Shown here in pieces: positions 10,574 to 21,987 of a stretch of DNA of 45,485 nucleotides. Source of the DNA: Actinomycetales bacterium (GTDB lineage Bacteria; Actinomycetota; Actinomycetes; Actinomycetales; Microbacteriaceae). The notes under the pieces were generated by a model that was not told the origin of the DNA, searched no databases, and saw only the letters and a list, made by a program, of their open reading frames with translations. Each line of letters starts with the position of its first letter. The first letter of the stretch is position 1. The position numbers and the translations under genes were made by a program. The stretch covers positions 1 through 45,485 of the forward strand of contig JBBQYN010000001.1 of the NCBI GenBank assembly GCA_038208655.1, read 5' to 3'.

Positions 10574-11794
10574 TCATGCAGAGTCGATGACCTCAAGAAT
10601 GGCAGCGGCCACCGACATTTTGCTGCCGGAGGCCTCTGTCACTATAGCTCCGGAGCGGTCCAGCACCGTGATCGCGTTACCGTCTGTGGCGAAGCCTTCG
10701 GTCCAGCCCACCCGGTTCAGCACCAGGTAGTCGCAGCCCTTGCGGGCGATCTTGCTGCGGCCCAGGGCCAGTAGCGCGGCGGCATCCGTTTCGGTCTCGG
10801 CCGCGAACCCCACGATGACCTGACCGGACGGCCGGGCTGCGGCGAGGCCGGCGAGGATGTCGGGGTTCTTGACCAGTTCGAGAGTGAGCGTGTCGCCGGC
10901 AACATCTTTCTTGATCTTGTCTGCTTGCACCGTGCCCGGCCGATAGTCGGCCACCGCGGCGGCCATGATGACCACGTCGGCAGTGAGGGCGTGCACCTGC
11001 AGTGCCGCCTCCATGTCGTGGGCGCTGCTGACCGGGACCACATCGATACCGGCCGGCACGGGTACCTCGAGGTGTGCTGCGACGAGGGTGACGCGCGCGC
11101 CCCGGGCGAGGGCGGCCTCGGCGAGGGCGACACCCTGTTTGCCGCTCGAGCGGTTGCCGAGGAACCGCACCGGATCGAGCGCTTCTCGGGTGCCGCCGGC
11201 GCTGATCAGCACGTGCCGACCCGTCCAGTGTGCGGTCGGGTCGGGCATGACCGGCGCGTTCTCCTCCAGCACCGCGTAGACGGCGGCAACAATGGTGTCG
11301 GGTTCTTCCAGTCGGCCGGGGCCAATGTCGGCGCCGGTGAGCCGGCCGACGCCGGGCCCGACGATGTGCACGCCACGGGACCGCAGGGTGGCCAGGTTCG
11401 CCACGGTTGCGGCGTTGTTCCACATTTCGGTGTGCATGGCCGGGGCGATCACGAGGGGCGCGGTGCTGGCCAGGATGGTGGTGCCCAGCAGGTCGTCGGC
11501 GAGGCCGGCGGTGATCTTGGCGATGCTGTTCGCGGTGGCGGGCACGATCACGATCACGTCGGCGGACTGGCCGATCGCGACGTGGCGCACCTCGGCGACG
11601 CCCTCGAACAGATCGGTCTGCACCGGGTTGCGGGAGATCGCCTCGAGGGTCGGCGCGCCGATGAAACGCAACGCAGACTCGGTGGCGATCACGTGCACGG
11701 TATCGCCGTGCAACACGAAAGCGCGCACGACGCTGACCGCCTTGTACGCCGCGATGCCGCCGGTGATACCGACGACGATCGTGCGAGGGGTCAC
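10574..11794 (-). CDS. coaBC: Bifunctional phosphopantothenoylcysteine decarboxylase/synthetase
   Basis: GITGGIAAYK, PATAN, PAMHTEMW, GGTREALDPVRFLGNRSSGKQG, AAVADY, GFAAET. Confidence 0.97.
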   Translation of the reverse strand: MTPRTIVVGITGGIAAYKAVSVVRAFVLHGDTVHVIATESALRFIGAPTLEAISRNPVQTDLFEGVAEVRHVAIGQSADVIVIVPATANSIAKITAGLADDLLGTTILASTAPLVIAPAMHTEMWNNAATVANLATLRSRGVHIVGPGVGRLTGADIGPGRLEEPDTIVAAVYAVLEENAPVMPDPTAHWTGRHVLISAGGTREALDPVRFLGNRSSGKQGVALAEAALARGARVTLVAAHLEVPVPAGIDVVPVSSAHDMEAALQVHALTADVVIMAAAVADYRPGTVQADKIKKDVAGDTLTLELVKNPDILAGLAAARPSGQVIVGFAAETETDAAALLALGRSKIARKGCDYLVLNRVGWTEGFATDGNAITVLDRSGAIVTEASGSKMSVAAAILEVIDSA

Positions 11795-11850
11795 CGTGGT
11801 GCGCGCTGTCTGCGTGATGGTTTTACCGCGATCGTTCGCTGTCTGAGGTT

Positions 11851-12108
11851 CTACTCGACGATGGGACGGGAAACGAGCTTGTCGTCGTTGATCTCGCGCA
11901 GCGCGACCGACAGCGGCTTGTCTTCAACGTTGGAGTCGACCAGCGGTCCGACATTGTCGAACAGGCTGCCCTCGTGCAGGTCGGCGTAGTAGTCGTTGAT
12001 CTGGCGGGCACGCTTGGACGCGAAGATCACCAGGGCGTACTTGGAGTCAACCTTGGAGAGCAGGTCGTCGATGGGCGGGTCAATGATGCCGGTGAGCTTG
12101 GTGGTCAT
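11851..12108 (-). CDS. rpoZ: RNA polymerase omega subunit
   Basis: [40 protein letters not shown]; ATG 12108 preceded by AAAGGAG. Confidence 0.97.
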   Translation of the reverse strand: MTTKLTGIIDPPIDDLLSKVDSKYALVIFASKRARQINDYYADLHEGSLFDNVGPLVDSNVEDKPLSVALREINDDKLVSRPIVE

Positions 12109-12214
12109 TGAAGACACACTCCTTTGAGTTTTGATCTAAGTCTTGATCGGTTGTGGTGCGTGCCGCGAACGTTCCGGCGTGGTGTGCCCGGCCGCCGCGG
12201 CCGACATCCGGGCG

Positions 12215-13135
12215 CTACGACGAGGCCGGAGCCTCGGGATTCTGCATCAAGTCTACGACCTCCCGGGCCGCTTCGCCCACCTCGTGGTTCACCACCCGAA
12301 AATCGAACTCTCCCTGTGCGGCCAGTTCGAGCTTCGCGGTCTCCAGCCGGCGGGCCTGTTCCGCGGAATCCTCGGTGCCCCGACCGATGAGGCGGCGCAC
12401 CAGTTCGTCCCAGTTGGGCGGCAACAAAAACACCAGTCGGGCTTCGGGCATGGCCCGGCGCACGGACCGGGCGCCCTGCAGGTCGATCTCAAGCAAGACA
12501 CTGTTGCCGGCGGCGATGGCTTCGTCGACCGGGCGCCGCGGGGTGCCGTAGCGGTAGGCGTTGTGCACGGTCGCCCATTCGAGCAGCTCGTGCTCGGCGA
12601 TCATGCGATCGAACTCCTCATCGCTGACGAAGAAGTAGCTGACCCCTTCCGTCTCCCCCGGCCGGGGCCGACGGGTCGTTGCCGAGACGGACAGGTGCAC
12701 GTCGGGGTAGTTCTCACGGATGTAGTTGGCGACGGTGCCCTTGCCCACGGCGGTCGGCCCGGCGAGCACGACGAGTCGGGAATCGGCGGAACCGTGCCGC
12801 ACGGCGGGGCGTTCGGACAGGAAGTCGCGCAGCCGGTCACGCTGGTGCGTGCCGAGGCCGCCGAGGCGTTTCGACGGGGAGATTTCGAGGCGATGCATGA
12901 TGCGCTGCATCTTGGTCACGCCGATCGCCGGGATGCTGATGAGCAGCTCGGTGACCCGCAGCCGGCCTTCCACACCGGTCGGGTGCGCGAGCGCGGCGGA
13001 CAGCACGTCCAGCGCGGTACGTTCTCCGGCGGCGATCTCCGCCTTCACGGTGGCGCGGGCACGCCGGGCGGCGACGGCGGCGCGTGATGCGGCGACGCGG
13101 TCAACCTCGGGCGGGGTGGGACGATTCTCAGCCAC
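12215..13135 (-). CDS. gmk: mIHF/sIHF nucleoid-associated domain fused in frame to guanylate kinase
   Basis: First ~105 aa resemble mIHF (AARRARA.VK, LRVTELL.SIPAIG..K...[17 protein letters not shown]). The rest is Gmk ([46 protein letters not shown]). GTG 13135 has a GGAG SD. Confidence 0.93.
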   Translation of the reverse strand: MAENRPTPPEVDRVAASRAAVAARRARATVKAEIAAGERTALDVLSAALAHPTGVEGRLRVTELLISIPAIGVTKMQRIMHRLEISPSKRLGGLGTHQRDRLRDFLSERPAVRHGSADSRLVVLAGPTAVGKGTVANYIRENYPDVHLSVSATTRRPRPGETEGVSYFFVSDEEFDRMIAEHELLEWATVHNAYRYGTPRRPVDEAIAAGNSVLLEIDLQGARSVRRAMPEARLVFLLPPNWDELVRRLIGRGTEDSAEQARRLETAKLELAAQGEFDFRVVNHEVGEAAREVVDLMQNPEAPASS

Positions 13136-14063
13136 GGACTGCTCCAACCTCAGCGACTCGGCGCATCATCGATTCGGCCAGTCCAACCGGTCCGGCCGTC
13201 AAGACACTTCTCGATTCACTCACGATAACGCTGTTCGCGTATTCTCCATATAGCCCGGCCAGGTTCATAATATTTGCACCCTGATGCCCGAAGCCCGGAG
13301 CGAGCACCGGGGTGCGCCGGGCGGGTGCCGGTGCGAGCACGTCGATGCCGAAGTCGGCAAGGGTTAGGGTGGCGCCGAGCACCACACCGACCGAGCCCAG
13401 TCCGACGGCGCCCACTCCGCTCGCGCCCGGATCGGTCGACGCGGATGCCGCGGCGCGGGCCGAGTTGAGGTCGGCGACGTCGTCGAGGATGGCGCGGGCC
13501 ACGGTGAGGCCGCGGCGCGGGCCGCTGTCCACCCGGGCCTGCTGCAGGCCGGCCGCTTCCGGGTTGGACGTGGCCGCGAGCACGAACAGGCCCTTGCCGT
13601 GTTCGTGGGCGAAGTCAACGGATGCAGTGAGGGAGCCGACCCCCATGTAGGCGCTCACGGTGATGGCATCCACTTCGAGCGGCGAGCCCGGGGCCAGCCA
13701 CGCTTGGGTGTACGCGTCGACGCTGGTGCCCAGGTCGCCGCGTTTCACGTCGGCGATCACGAGCAGTCCGGCGTCGCGGGCGTGCCGCAGCACCCGTTCC
13801 AGCGCGAGGTAGCCCTGCGCTCCGAACCGTTCGAAGAACGCGACCTGAGGTTTGAGAATGCCCACCCGGCCGGCCGCGGCGTCTACCACGGTGCGGCCGA
13901 AGGTTTCCGCGCCGGCGGCGGAATCGGGCAGTTCCCACTCCTTCAGCAGGAAGGAGTGCGGGTCAATTCCGACGCACAGCTGGCCGTGGGCGTCGAAGGC
14001 CGCGCCGAGCCGGTCACCGAAGTTCGCCGTCACGGCTGCTCCCGACAGAGCGGATCCCGTCAC
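13128..14063 (-). CDS. pyrF: Orotidine-5'-phosphate decarboxylase
   Basis: [44 protein letters not shown]. Confidence 0.96.
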   Translation of the reverse strand: MTGSALSGAAVTANFGDRLGAAFDAHGQLCVGIDPHSFLLKEWELPDSAAGAETFGRTVVDAAAGRVGILKPQVAFFERFGAQGYLALERVLRHARDAGLLVIADVKRGDLGTSVDAYTQAWLAPGSPLEVDAITVSAYMGVGSLTASVDFAHEHGKGLFVLAATSNPEAAGLQQARVDSGPRRGLTVARAILDDVADLNSARAAASASTDPGASGVGAVGLGSVGVVLGATLTLADFGIDVLAPAPARRTPVLAPGFGHQGANIMNLAGLYGEYANSVIVSESRSVLTAGPVGLAESMMRRVAEVGAVRG

Positions 14064-17000
14064 AGCAGGGCCGTTCGGGCGGTGGCGTACTCCTGCAGGC
14101 TCGTCACCTCGAAGCCGTCCCGGATCGCGTCGATCGAGGCGACGGCAGCGCTGAGCTCCGCAATGGTGGTGAACAGCGGCAGGTCGCCGGCGACGGCGGC
14201 CGCGCGGATCTCGTAGCCGTCGGCGCGGGCGGTGCGGCCGCCGGGCGTGTTGATGACGATCTGTACCTCTTCGCGGCGGATCAGTTCGACGATGGATACG
14301 TCGTCGTCGCCGGCCTTGTCGCTGAACTTGGTGACGACGCGGGCATTGATGCCGTTGCGCTGAAGCACTTCGGCGGTGCCGAGCGTGGCCATGATCTCGT
14401 AGCCGAGCTGCTGCAGGCGCAGCATCGGCAGGATGATGGCGCGCTTGTCCCGGTCAGAGACCGACACGAACACGGCGCCGGAGAGGGGGATGCCACCGTA
14501 TGCGGCGAGCTGGCTCTTCGCGAACGCGCGCGGGAAGTCCCGGTCGATGCCCATGACCTCACCGGTGGAGCGCATCTCCGGGCCGAGCACGGAGTCGACG
14601 ACGAGCCCCTCGGGGGTGCGGAACCGGTTGAAGGGCAGCACGGCCTCTTTCACCGCGACCGGGGATTCGATGGGAACCCGGGAGCCGTCGATCTCGGGCA
14701 GCTTGCCCTCCGCCTTGAGCTCGGCGATGGTCTTGCCGACCATGATCAGCGCGGCGGCCTTGGCCAGCGTGATGCCGAGCGCCTTCGCGACGAACGGCAC
14801 GGTGCGTGACGCCCGCGGGTTGGCCTCGAGCACGTAGAGCACGCCGGCGCCGAGGGCGAACTGCACGTTGAGCAGTCCCTTCACACCGATGCCCTGCGCG
14901 ATACCGAGGGTGGCCTCACGGACCCGGTCGATCTGCGCACGGCCCAGGGTGACCGGCGGCAGGGTGCAGCTGGAGTCACCGGAGTGGATGCCGGCCTCCT
15001 CGATGTGTTCCATCACACCGCCGATGTACAGCTCGGTGCCGTCGAAGATGGCGTCCACGTCGATTTCGATCGCGTCGTCGAGGAACCGATCCACGAGAAG
15101 CGGATGCGACGCGCCGATGATGCCCTGACCCTGCATGCGGGTGAAGTAGTCGCCCAGTGCTTCGGTGTCGTAGATGATCTCCATGCCGCGGCCGCCGAGA
15201 ACGTAGCTCGGGCGCACCAGCACCGGGTAGCCGATTTCTTCGGCGGCCTGGGCGGCGCCCGGGTAGTCAACGGCCACGCCGTTGCGGGGGGCGAGCAGCC
15301 CGGCCGCGTCGAGGATGCCGGAGAAGAGTCCGCGTTCCTCGGCCAGGTCGATGGCGTCAGGGGTGGTACCGAGAATGGGGATCCCGGCCGCTTCGAGGCC
15401 GCGGGCCAGGCCGAGGGCGGTCTGGCCGCCGAGCTGCACGACGACGCCGACGAGTTCCCCGCTCTGGCTTTCCGCGTGGATCACCTCGAGCACGTCTTCC
15501 AGCGTGAGCGGTTCGAAGTAGAGCCGGTCGCTGGTGTCGTAGTCGGTGGAGACCGTCTCGGGGTTGCAGTTGATCATGATGGTCTCGTAGCCGGCCTCGG
15601 ACAGCGCGAAGGAGGCGTGCACGCAGGAGTAGTCGAATTCGACGCCCTGCCCGATCCGGTTGGGTCCGGAGCCGAGGATGACGACCTTGCGGCGGTCGCT
15701 GGGCACGACTTCGGTCTCCTGGTCATAGCTGGAGTAGTGGTACGGGGTGAGCGCCGGAAACTCCCCCGCGCAGGTGTCGACGGTCTTGAAGACCGGGCGG
15801 ATGCCGAGGATGTGTCGCACGTCGCGCACATCCGCTTCACCGAAGCCGCGCAGCTCACCGATCTGCGCGTCGGAGAAGCCGTGGTCCTTGGCGTGCAGCA
15901 TCACGTCGCGGTCGAGGCGTTCCGCGGCGGCGATCGTGGCGGCGACCTCGTTGATCAGCACGATCTGGTCGATGAACCAGGGGTCGATCTTGGTGGCCTC
16001 GAACACCTGCTCGATGGTCGCGCCGCGGCGGAGCGCCTGCTGCACGGTCACGATACGGCCGTCGGTGGGAATTTCGCATGCCACGAGCAGCTCGTCGAGG
16101 GTGCGGGTCTCCTCGCCCCAGTGGAAGCTGGAGCCGCGCTTCTCGAGGGAGCGCAGCGCCTTCTGCAGGGCGGCGGCGTAGCTGCGGCCGATGGCCATGG
16201 CCTCACCGACGGATTTCATGGTGGTGGTCAACCGCGGGTCGGCGGCGGGGAACTTCTCGAAGGCGAAACGGGGCACCTTCACGACGACGTAGTCGAGGGT
16301 CGGTTCGAAACTGGCCGGGGTGACCCCGGTGATGTCGTTGGGGATCTCGTCGAGGCGGTAGCCGATGGCGAGCTTGGCGGCGATCTTGGCGATCGGGAAG
16401 CCGGTCGCCTTGCTGGCCAGCGCGGAGGACCGCGACACCCGGGGGTTCATCTCAATGACGATGACGCGGCCGTCGACGGGGTTGATGGCGAACTGGATGT
16501 TGCAGCCGCCGGTGTCCACGCCGACCGCGCGGATGATGTCGATGGAGATGTCGCGCAGGTGCTGGAATTCCCGGTCGGTCAGGGTGAGGGCGGGAGCGAC
16601 GGTGATGGAGTCACCGGTGTGCACGCCGACGGGGTCGACGTTCTCGATCGAGCAGACCACGACGGTGTTGTCGGCGGTGTCGCGCATCATCTCCAGCTCG
16701 AACTCCTTCCAGCCGAGGATGGACTCTTCCAGGAGCACTTCGGTGGTGGGGCTGTGGTGCAGGCCGTCGGCCACGATGCGGCGCAGGTCGTTCTCGTTGT
16801 ACGCGAAGCCGGAGCCGAGGCCGCCCATGGTAAAGCTGGGCCGCACCACGAGCGGGTAGCCGAGGTCGTCGGCGAAGCCGATGGCGTCGTCCACCGTGCG
16901 GGTGATGTGCGAGCGGGCCACATCGGCACCGGCGTCGAGCACCAGCTGCTTGAAGATGAGGCGGTCTTCGCCCTTGTTGATGGCGTCGAAGCTCGCCCCG

Positions 17001-17347
17001 ATCAGTTCCACGTCGTACTTTTCGAGGATTCCGCGCTCGTGCAGGGCGATCGCGGCGTTCAGCGCGGTCTGCCCGCCGAGGGTCGGCAGGATCGCGTCGG
17101 GGCGTTCCTTCGCGATGATGCTTTCGAGGATTTCGGGGGTGATCGGCTCGATGTACGTCGCGTCGGCGAAGTCCGGGTCGGTCATGATCGTGGCGGGGTT
17201 GGAGTTGACCAGGATCACGCGCACACCCTCGTCGCGCAGCACCCGGCAGGCCTGGGTGCCGGAGTAGTCGAACTCGCACGCCTGGCCGATGACGATCGGC
17301 CCGCTTCCGATGACGAGAACGCTGTTGATATCGTCGCGCTTGGGCAT
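14060..17347 (-). CDS. carB: Carbamoyl-phosphate synthase large subunit
   Basis: [49 protein letters not shown]; 1095 aa. Confidence 0.99.
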   Translation of the reverse strand: MPKRDDINSVLVIGSGPIVIGQACEFDYSGTQACRVLRDEGVRVILVNSNPATIMTDPDFADATYIEPITPEILESIIAKERPDAILPTLGGQTALNAAIALHERGILEKYDVELIGASFDAINKGEDRLIFKQLVLDAGADVARSHITRTVDDAIGFADDLGYPLVVRPSFTMGGLGSGFAYNENDLRRIVADGLHHSPTTEVLLEESILGWKEFELEMMRDTADNTVVVCSIENVDPVGVHTGDSITVAPALTLTDREFQHLRDISIDIIRAVGVDTGGCNIQFAINPVDGRVIVIEMNPRVSRSSALASKATGFPIAKIAAKLAIGYRLDEIPNDITGVTPASFEPTLDYVVVKVPRFAFEKFPAADPRLTTTMKSVGEAMAIGRSYAAALQKALRSLEKRGSSFHWGEETRTLDELLVACEIPTDGRIVTVQQALRRGATIEQVFEATKIDPWFIDQIVLINEVAATIAAAERLDRDVMLHAKDHGFSDAQIGELRGFGEADVRDVRHILGIRPVFKTVDTCAGEFPALTPYHYSSYDQETEVVPSDRRKVVILGSGPNRIGQGVEFDYSCVHASFALSEAGYETIMINCNPETVSTDYDTSDRLYFEPLTLEDVLEVIHAESQSGELVGVVVQLGGQTALGLARGLEAAGIPILGTTPDAIDLAEERGLFSGILDAAGLLAPRNGVAVDYPGAAQAAEEIGYPVLVRPSYVLGGRGMEIIYDTEALGDYFTRMQGQGIIGASHPLLVDRFLDDAIEIDVDAIFDGTELYIGGVMEHIEEAGIHSGDSSCTLPPVTLGRAQIDRVREATLGIAQGIGVKGLLNVQFALGAGVLYVLEANPRASRTVPFVAKALGITLAKAAALIMVGKTIAELKAEGKLPEIDGSRVPIESPVAVKEAVLPFNRFRTPEGLVVDSVLGPEMRSTGEVMGIDRDFPRAFAKSQLAAYGGIPLSGAVFVSVSDRDKRAIILPMLRLQQLGYEIMATLGTAEVLQRNGINARVVTKFSDKAGDDDVSIVELIRREEVQIVINTPGGRTARADGYEIRAAAVAGDLPLFTTIAELSAAVASIDAIRDGFEVTSLQEYATARTALL

Positions 17348-18528
17348 TACTGGTTGTCTCCTGCCGCGGCGGCTGCGCTGTGCGCAACGACCACATCTCT
17401 GAATCGATCGAACAAGTAGTTGGCGTCGTGCGGTCCCGAGGCGGCCTCGGGGTGGTACTGCACCGAGAAGGCAGGCACGTCGAGGCAGCGGATGCCTTCG
17501 ACGACCTGGTCGTTGAGGCTGTAGTGGCTGACTTCGACGCGGCCGAAGCCGGTGCGGGAGTCGTGCACGCCCTCGATGGGCATGTCCACGGCGAAGCCGT
17601 GGTTCTGTGAGGTGATTTCGACCTTGCCGGTGGTTTTGTCGAGCACCGGCTGGTTGATGCCGCGGTGGCCGAAGGGCAGCTTGTAGGTGCGGAAGCCCAG
17701 GGCCCGGCCGAGCAGCTGGTTGCCGAAGCAGATGCCGAAGTATGGTACTCCGGCGCGCAGCACCTCCTGCAGCAGGGTGACGTGCGCGTTGGACGCGGCG
17801 GGGTCGCCCGGGCCGTTGGAGAAGAACAGCGCGGACGGTTTCAGGCTGAGCACGTGCTCCGCCGTGACCGACTGGGGCAGCACCAGCACCTCGAAGCCGC
17901 GTTCGGCGAGGAAGTTCAGCGTGCTGGTCTTCACACCGAGGTCGAGCACAGCGACGGAGCCGATACGTTCACCGACCGCGGGGATCGAGAACGGTTCCAC
18001 GGTGGAGACCGCGTCGGACAGGTTACGGCCGCGCATCGCCTCGCCGGAGCGCACCCGTTCGAGTTGTTCCCCGTCGGAGAGCCCAAGCTGGTCGCCGGAG
18101 AAAATTCCGGAGCGCATCGCGCCGGCGGAGCGGATGTGCCGGGTGATGGCGCGGGTGTCGACGCCGCTGATGCCGACCACGCCGCCGCCGGTGAGGTCGT
18201 CGTCAAGGGTGCGGGTGGCCCGAAAGTTGCTCGCGATCCGGGCGGGTTCCCGCACCACGAAACCGGAGACCCAGATCTGCCGGGATTCCATGTCCTCGTC
18301 GTTGGCACCGGTGTTGCCGATGTGCGGCGCGGTCATCAAGACGATCTGGCCGGCGTAGCTCGGGTCGGTGAGGGTCTCTTGGTAGCCGGTCATGCCGGTG
18401 GCGAAAACGATCTCGCCGAGGGTCTGCCCGGTGCTGCCGTAGGCGCGGCCCTCATAGCGGGTGCCGTCTTCGAGCACGAGCACGGCGGGCGCCGGGGCGG
18501 CCGTCGGGGCGGATATGGAGTAGCCCAC
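17347..18528 (-). CDS. carA: Carbamoyl-phosphate synthase small subunit
   Basis: [43 protein letters not shown]; start placed at GTG 18528 behind a GAGG SD (the ORF extends to 18570). Confidence 0.97.
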   Translation of the reverse strand: MGYSISAPTAAPAPAVLVLEDGTRYEGRAYGSTGQTLGEIVFATGMTGYQETLTDPSYAGQIVLMTAPHIGNTGANDEDMESRQIWVSGFVVREPARIASNFRATRTLDDDLTGGGVVGISGVDTRAITRHIRSAGAMRSGIFSGDQLGLSDGEQLERVRSGEAMRGRNLSDAVSTVEPFSIPAVGERIGSVAVLDLGVKTSTLNFLAERGFEVLVLPQSVTAEHVLSLKPSALFFSNGPGDPAASNAHVTLLQEVLRAGVPYFGICFGNQLLGRALGFRTYKLPFGHRGINQPVLDKTTGKVEITSQNHGFAVDMPIEGVHDSRTGFGRVEVSHYSLNDQVVEGIRCLDVPAFSVQYHPEAASGPHDANYLFDRFRDVVVAHSAAAAAGDNQ

Positions 18529-18529
18529 G

Positions 18530-19075
18530 TTAGGCCTCACTTTCGTCGCGGCCAGCGGTGCCCGAGGCATCCGCTGACATGGTTCGGATCGCGGCGCTCA
18601 GGCGGCTGCGATCATCGGGGTCGATCAGTCGGAAGTAGCTGTCGACGCTGCGGCCGGGGGCCGCATCGTCGGCGGGCTGCAGGCGCCAGCCCAGGCGCAG
18701 CAGACCGTCGGTTTCCACGACCCGGTCGATGGCCATCGTGGCGGCGTCGAGGCCGTCAATGGCGGTGCCGGGCAGGTAGACGGGGCGTTCACCCTGCAGG
18801 GCAAGCCAGAGGCCGGCGCCGGTGACCTCCAGGTTGGCGCGCGCACGAAACCCGAGGCCGGGGATCACGAGGCGTTCCAACGGCTGGTCGCGGGGGGTCG
18901 TGGCCACGTAGTAGCACTCGGCGGAGGCGAGCAGCTGCTGCTGCGTCTCGGGTGCCGGGTAGCCGGCCGCGAGGCCGGCGTCGCGGCGGGTGCGGACACG
19001 CCAGCTGCGCCACATCAGGGCGAGCACGCCCAGCAGTACGAGCAGGGTGATGACGGCGGGAAGAGCCCTATCCAT
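18530..19075 (-). CDS. Conserved actinobacterial pyr-operon membrane-anchored protein (Rv1382-like, PH-like domain)
   Basis: N-terminal TM helix followed by W..R..R, then YVATT....LER....LG.R; sits between pyrC and carA as in other actinobacteria. Confidence 0.8.
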   Translation of the reverse strand: MDRALPAVITLLVLLGVLALMWRSWRVRTRRDAGLAAGYPAPETQQQLLASAECYYVATTPRDQPLERLVIPGLGFRARANLEVTGAGLWLALQGERPVYLPGTAIDGLDAATMAIDRVVETDGLLRLGWRLQPADDAAPGRSVDSYFRLIDPDDRSRLSAAIRTMSADASGTAGRDESEA

Positions 19076-20429
19076 GAGCACGTACCCCGTTCGCCTCGGC
19101 GACCTCGTCGGCGGGCCGCAGCTCGCCGTCGAGCACCGTGGCGGTGCCGCGGTGGAAGGTGGCCATGACCCGGCCGGGGAGGGCCATCTCGAGGTAGGGC
19201 GAGTTGGCGCTCAGCCCCGACAGGTCGGTGCGGCTGAAGGAGCGCCGCGCCGCGGGGTCGTGCAGGGTGAGTTCGGCGGGGGCGCCGACCTCCAGGCGGT
19301 GGCCCTGGCCGGTGATCCGGCCGATCCGGGCCGGCGTGGTGGACAGGACCCGGGCGACGTCGGCCCAGTCGAGCTGGCCGGTCTGCACGACGGATGCCTG
19401 CACCACGGAGAGCGCGGATTCCAAGCCGACCATGCCGTTGGCGGCCGTGTCCCACTCGCAGTCTTTGTTCTCGACCGGGTGCGGAGCATGGTCGGTCGCG
19501 ACGATGTCGATGGTGCCGTCGGCGAGGGCGGCCCGCAGGGCGTCCACGTCTTCTCGGCGTCGCAGTGGCGGGTTCACCTTGAAGCGGGCATCGTAGCCGG
19601 CGACGAGGTCTTCGGTCAGCAGCAGGTGGTGCGGGGTGACCTCGGCGGTCACGTTGATGCCGCGGGCCTTGGCCCAGCGGATCACGTCGACGCTGCCGGC
19701 GGTGGACACATGGCACACGTGCAGACGCGAACCCACGTGTTCGGCCAGCAGCACGTCACGGGCGATGATGGACTCTTCCGCCACGGCAGGCCAGCCGACC
19801 AGGCCCAGCTCCCCAGACAGGGCACCTTCGTTCATCTGGGCTTTTTCGGTGAGCCGGGGCTCCTGGGCGTGCTGCGCGATGACGCCGTCGAAGGCCTTGA
19901 CGTATTCGAGGGCACGGCGCATCAGCAGCGGGTCCCAGACGCAAATGCCGTCGTCGGAGAACACGCGCACCCGGGCACGGCTGGTCGCCATGGCGCCCAG
20001 CTCGGCGAGCTGCAGGCCGCTAAGTCCCACAGTGACCGCGCCGATGGGTTGCACGGTGACGTAGCCGGCCCGTTCGCCGAGGGCCAGCACCTGCTCGACG
20101 ACGCCGGCGGTGTCCTGGGTCGGCGAAGTGTTGGCCATCGCGAAGACGCTCGTGAAGCCGCCGCGGGCGGCCGCCTGGCTGCCGGTCAGCACGGTTTCGC
20201 TCTGTTCGGCGCCGGGCTCACGCAGGTGGGTATGCAGGTCGACCAGTCCGGGCAGGGCCTGCAGGCCTGACGCGTCGATGACGACGGCGCCGGCACGGCT
20301 GAGCCCGGATCCCATCTCCACGATGCGTCCGGACTCCAGGATCAGGTCGCTGCGGCTGCCGCCCGGCAGTGTGGCGTCACGGATCAGGTAGGGCCGGGGC
20401 GCCTCCGGGGTGATCACTTCATTCGACAT
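19068..20429 (-). CDS. pyrC: Dihydroorotase
   Basis: PGLVDLHTHLREPG, FSDDG, HVCHVS, EVTPHHL, KVNPPLR, ATDHAPH. Confidence 0.97.
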   Translation of the reverse strand: MSNEVITPEAPRPYLIRDATLPGGSRSDLILESGRIVEMGSGLSRAGAVVIDASGLQALPGLVDLHTHLREPGAEQSETVLTGSQAAARGGFTSVFAMANTSPTQDTAGVVEQVLALGERAGYVTVQPIGAVTVGLSGLQLAELGAMATSRARVRVFSDDGICVWDPLLMRRALEYVKAFDGVIAQHAQEPRLTEKAQMNEGALSGELGLVGWPAVAEESIIARDVLLAEHVGSRLHVCHVSTAGSVDVIRWAKARGINVTAEVTPHHLLLTEDLVAGYDARFKVNPPLRRREDVDALRAALADGTIDIVATDHAPHPVENKDCEWDTAANGMVGLESALSVVQASVVQTGQLDWADVARVLSTTPARIGRITGQGHRLEVGAPAELTLHDPAARRSFSRTDLSGLSANSPYLEMALPGRVMATFHRGTATVLDGELRPADEVAEANGVRAHG

Positions 20430-21379
20430 TAGGCATTCTCCCGATCGCCGGACAACAACAGGTATAAGGCGGCCATACGCACCGAGACCCCGTGGGTGAC
20501 CTGCTCGCGCACGGTCGACTGGGCCGAATCGGCCGCCGCCGAAGATATTTCCAGGCCGCGATTCATCGGACCGGGGTGCATCACCATGCTATCCGGGCGC
20601 AGCCGGCGAAAACGCGCGTCGGTCAGCCCCCAGGCTCGGGAATACTCCCGGCTGTTGGGGAAAAACGCGGCGCTCATACGTTCCGCCTGAATGCGCAGCA
20701 TCATCACCACGTCGGGTCCGGCGTCGATGGCCGTATCCAGGTCGAAGCCGAAACTCGCCGGCCAGCCGCTCGTGTCGGCCGGGACCAGGGTCGGCGGTGA
20801 CACGAAGGTCACGGCGGCACCGAGGGTGGTCAGCAGCCAGAGGTTGGACCGGGCGACCCGGGAGTGCAGCACGTCACCCACGATGGTGACGCCGACCCCG
20901 TCGAGGCTTTTGCCGCGGGATGCGGCGCCGTGCAGGCGCCGGCGGATGGTGAACGCGTCGAGCAGGGCCTGGGTGGGGTGCTCGTGGGTGCCGTCTCCGG
21001 CGTTGATGATACCGGCGTCGATCCAGCCGCTCGCGGCGAGCACCGACGGGGCACCGGAGGCGGGGTGCCGGATCACGACACCGTCCGCGCCGATCGCGGC
21101 GAGGGTCTGCGCGGTGTCCTTCAGGCTTTCGCCCTTGGAAACACTGGAACCCTTGGCGCTGAAGTTGATCACATCGGCGCTGAGCCGTTTCGCAGCCGCT
21201 TCGAACGAGATCCGGGTGCGGGTGGAATCTTCGAAGAACAGGTTGACCACGGTCTTGCCGCGCAAGGTGGGGAGTTTCTTCACCTCCCGGGTGGCGACAT
21301 CCGCCATGTCTTCGGCCACGTCGAGAAGTTCGACGGCCGCGTCGCGGGACAGGTCGCGGGTGGACAGCAGGTGCCTCAC
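20429..21379 (-). CDS. pyrB: Aspartate carbamoyltransferase catalytic subunit
   Basis: [47 protein letters not shown]. Confidence 0.98.
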   Translation of the reverse strand: MRHLLSTRDLSRDAAVELLDVAEDMADVATREVKKLPTLRGKTVVNLFFEDSTRTRISFEAAAKRLSADVINFSAKGSSVSKGESLKDTAQTLAAIGADGVVIRHPASGAPSVLAASGWIDAGIINAGDGTHEHPTQALLDAFTIRRRLHGAASRGKSLDGVGVTIVGDVLHSRVARSNLWLLTTLGAAVTFVSPPTLVPADTSGWPASFGFDLDTAIDAGPDVVMMLRIQAERMSAAFFPNSREYSRAWGLTDARFRRLRPDSMVMHPGPMNRGLEISSAAADSAQSTVREQVTHGVSVRMAALYLLLSGDRENA

Positions 21380-21918
21380 GACCGGCCTCCTTCAATGGCG
21401 ACGAACTCGTCACCGTCGGTTTCGACGAGGTGCACGTTGATGCGTTCGTCTGCGGCGCTGGGCAGGTTCTTGCCGACGAAATCCGCCCGGATCGGAAGTT
21501 CCCGGTGGCCGCGGTCCACGAGCACGGCCAGTCGCACGATGCGGGGCCGGCCGTGGTCGCCGAGGGCGTCGAGGGCGGCACGGATGGTGCGTCCCGAGTA
21601 GAGCACGTCGTCGACCAGCACCACGGTGGCGCCGTCGATGCGGCCCGGAACGAGGGTCTGGGCGGGCGTGCGGGTGCGGGTGTGCGACAGGTCGTCGCGG
21701 TACAGGGTCACGTCGAGGGAGCCGACGCGCACGTCGGGGGCGTGCGGCTCGATGCGACGGATGGTGTCGGCGATGCGCTGCGCGAGTATCACCCCGCGGG
21801 TCGGGATGCCGAGGATCACGAGGTCGTGCGGACCACGGTTGGACTCCAGGATCTCGTGGGAGATCCGAGTCACTGCGCGGTCAATGTCAGCCTGGGTGAG
21901 CACGGTGTGCCTGGTCAA
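21376..21918 (-). CDS. pyrR: Pyrimidine operon regulator / uracil phosphoribosyltransferase
   Basis: [57 protein letters not shown]; TTG start. Confidence 0.97.
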   Translation of the reverse strand: MTRHTVLTQADIDRAVTRISHEILESNRGPHDLVILGIPTRGVILAQRIADTIRRIEPHAPDVRVGSLDVTLYRDDLSHTRTRTPAQTLVPGRIDGATVVLVDDVLYSGRTIRAALDALGDHGRPRIVRLAVLVDRGHRELPIRADFVGKNLPSAADERINVHLVETDGDEFVAIEGGRS

Positions 21919-21923
21919 ACCAA

Positions 21924-21962
21924 CCCCCTTCCCCGTCTCACTGGACGGCTGTTAAAGGATGT
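21924..21962 (-). promoter_or_regulatory. PyrR-binding RNA element overlapping the pyrR ribosome-binding site
   Basis: Transcript reads UCCUUUAACAG-CCGUC-CAGUGA-GACGG-GGAAGGGGG: CUUUAA motif plus a hairpin with GUCCAGUGAGAC, resembling PyrR binding loops. Confidence 0.8.
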
Positions 21963-21974
21963 CTGTTTGGTTCC

Positions 21975-21980
21975 ACTCTA
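21975..21980 (-). promoter_or_regulatory. Putative -10 element (TAGAGT) of the pyr operon
   Basis: TANNNT hexamer just upstream of the PyrR element, giving a ~50-nt leader. Confidence 0.55.
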
Positions 21981-21987
21981 TCCGAGG

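Noticed and set aside
12124-12150. TTGATC direct repeat upstream of rpoZ
   Set aside because: Only two 6-mers in an AT-richer translation-initiation region; too weak to call an operator.
14984-17419. 811-aa plus-strand ORF (also 34689-37388, 2026-3690, 38616-40223 and other long antisense ORFs)
   Set aside because: Antisense shadows of carB, alaS, his genes and rarA caused by high GC3 codon bias; no recognisable motifs.
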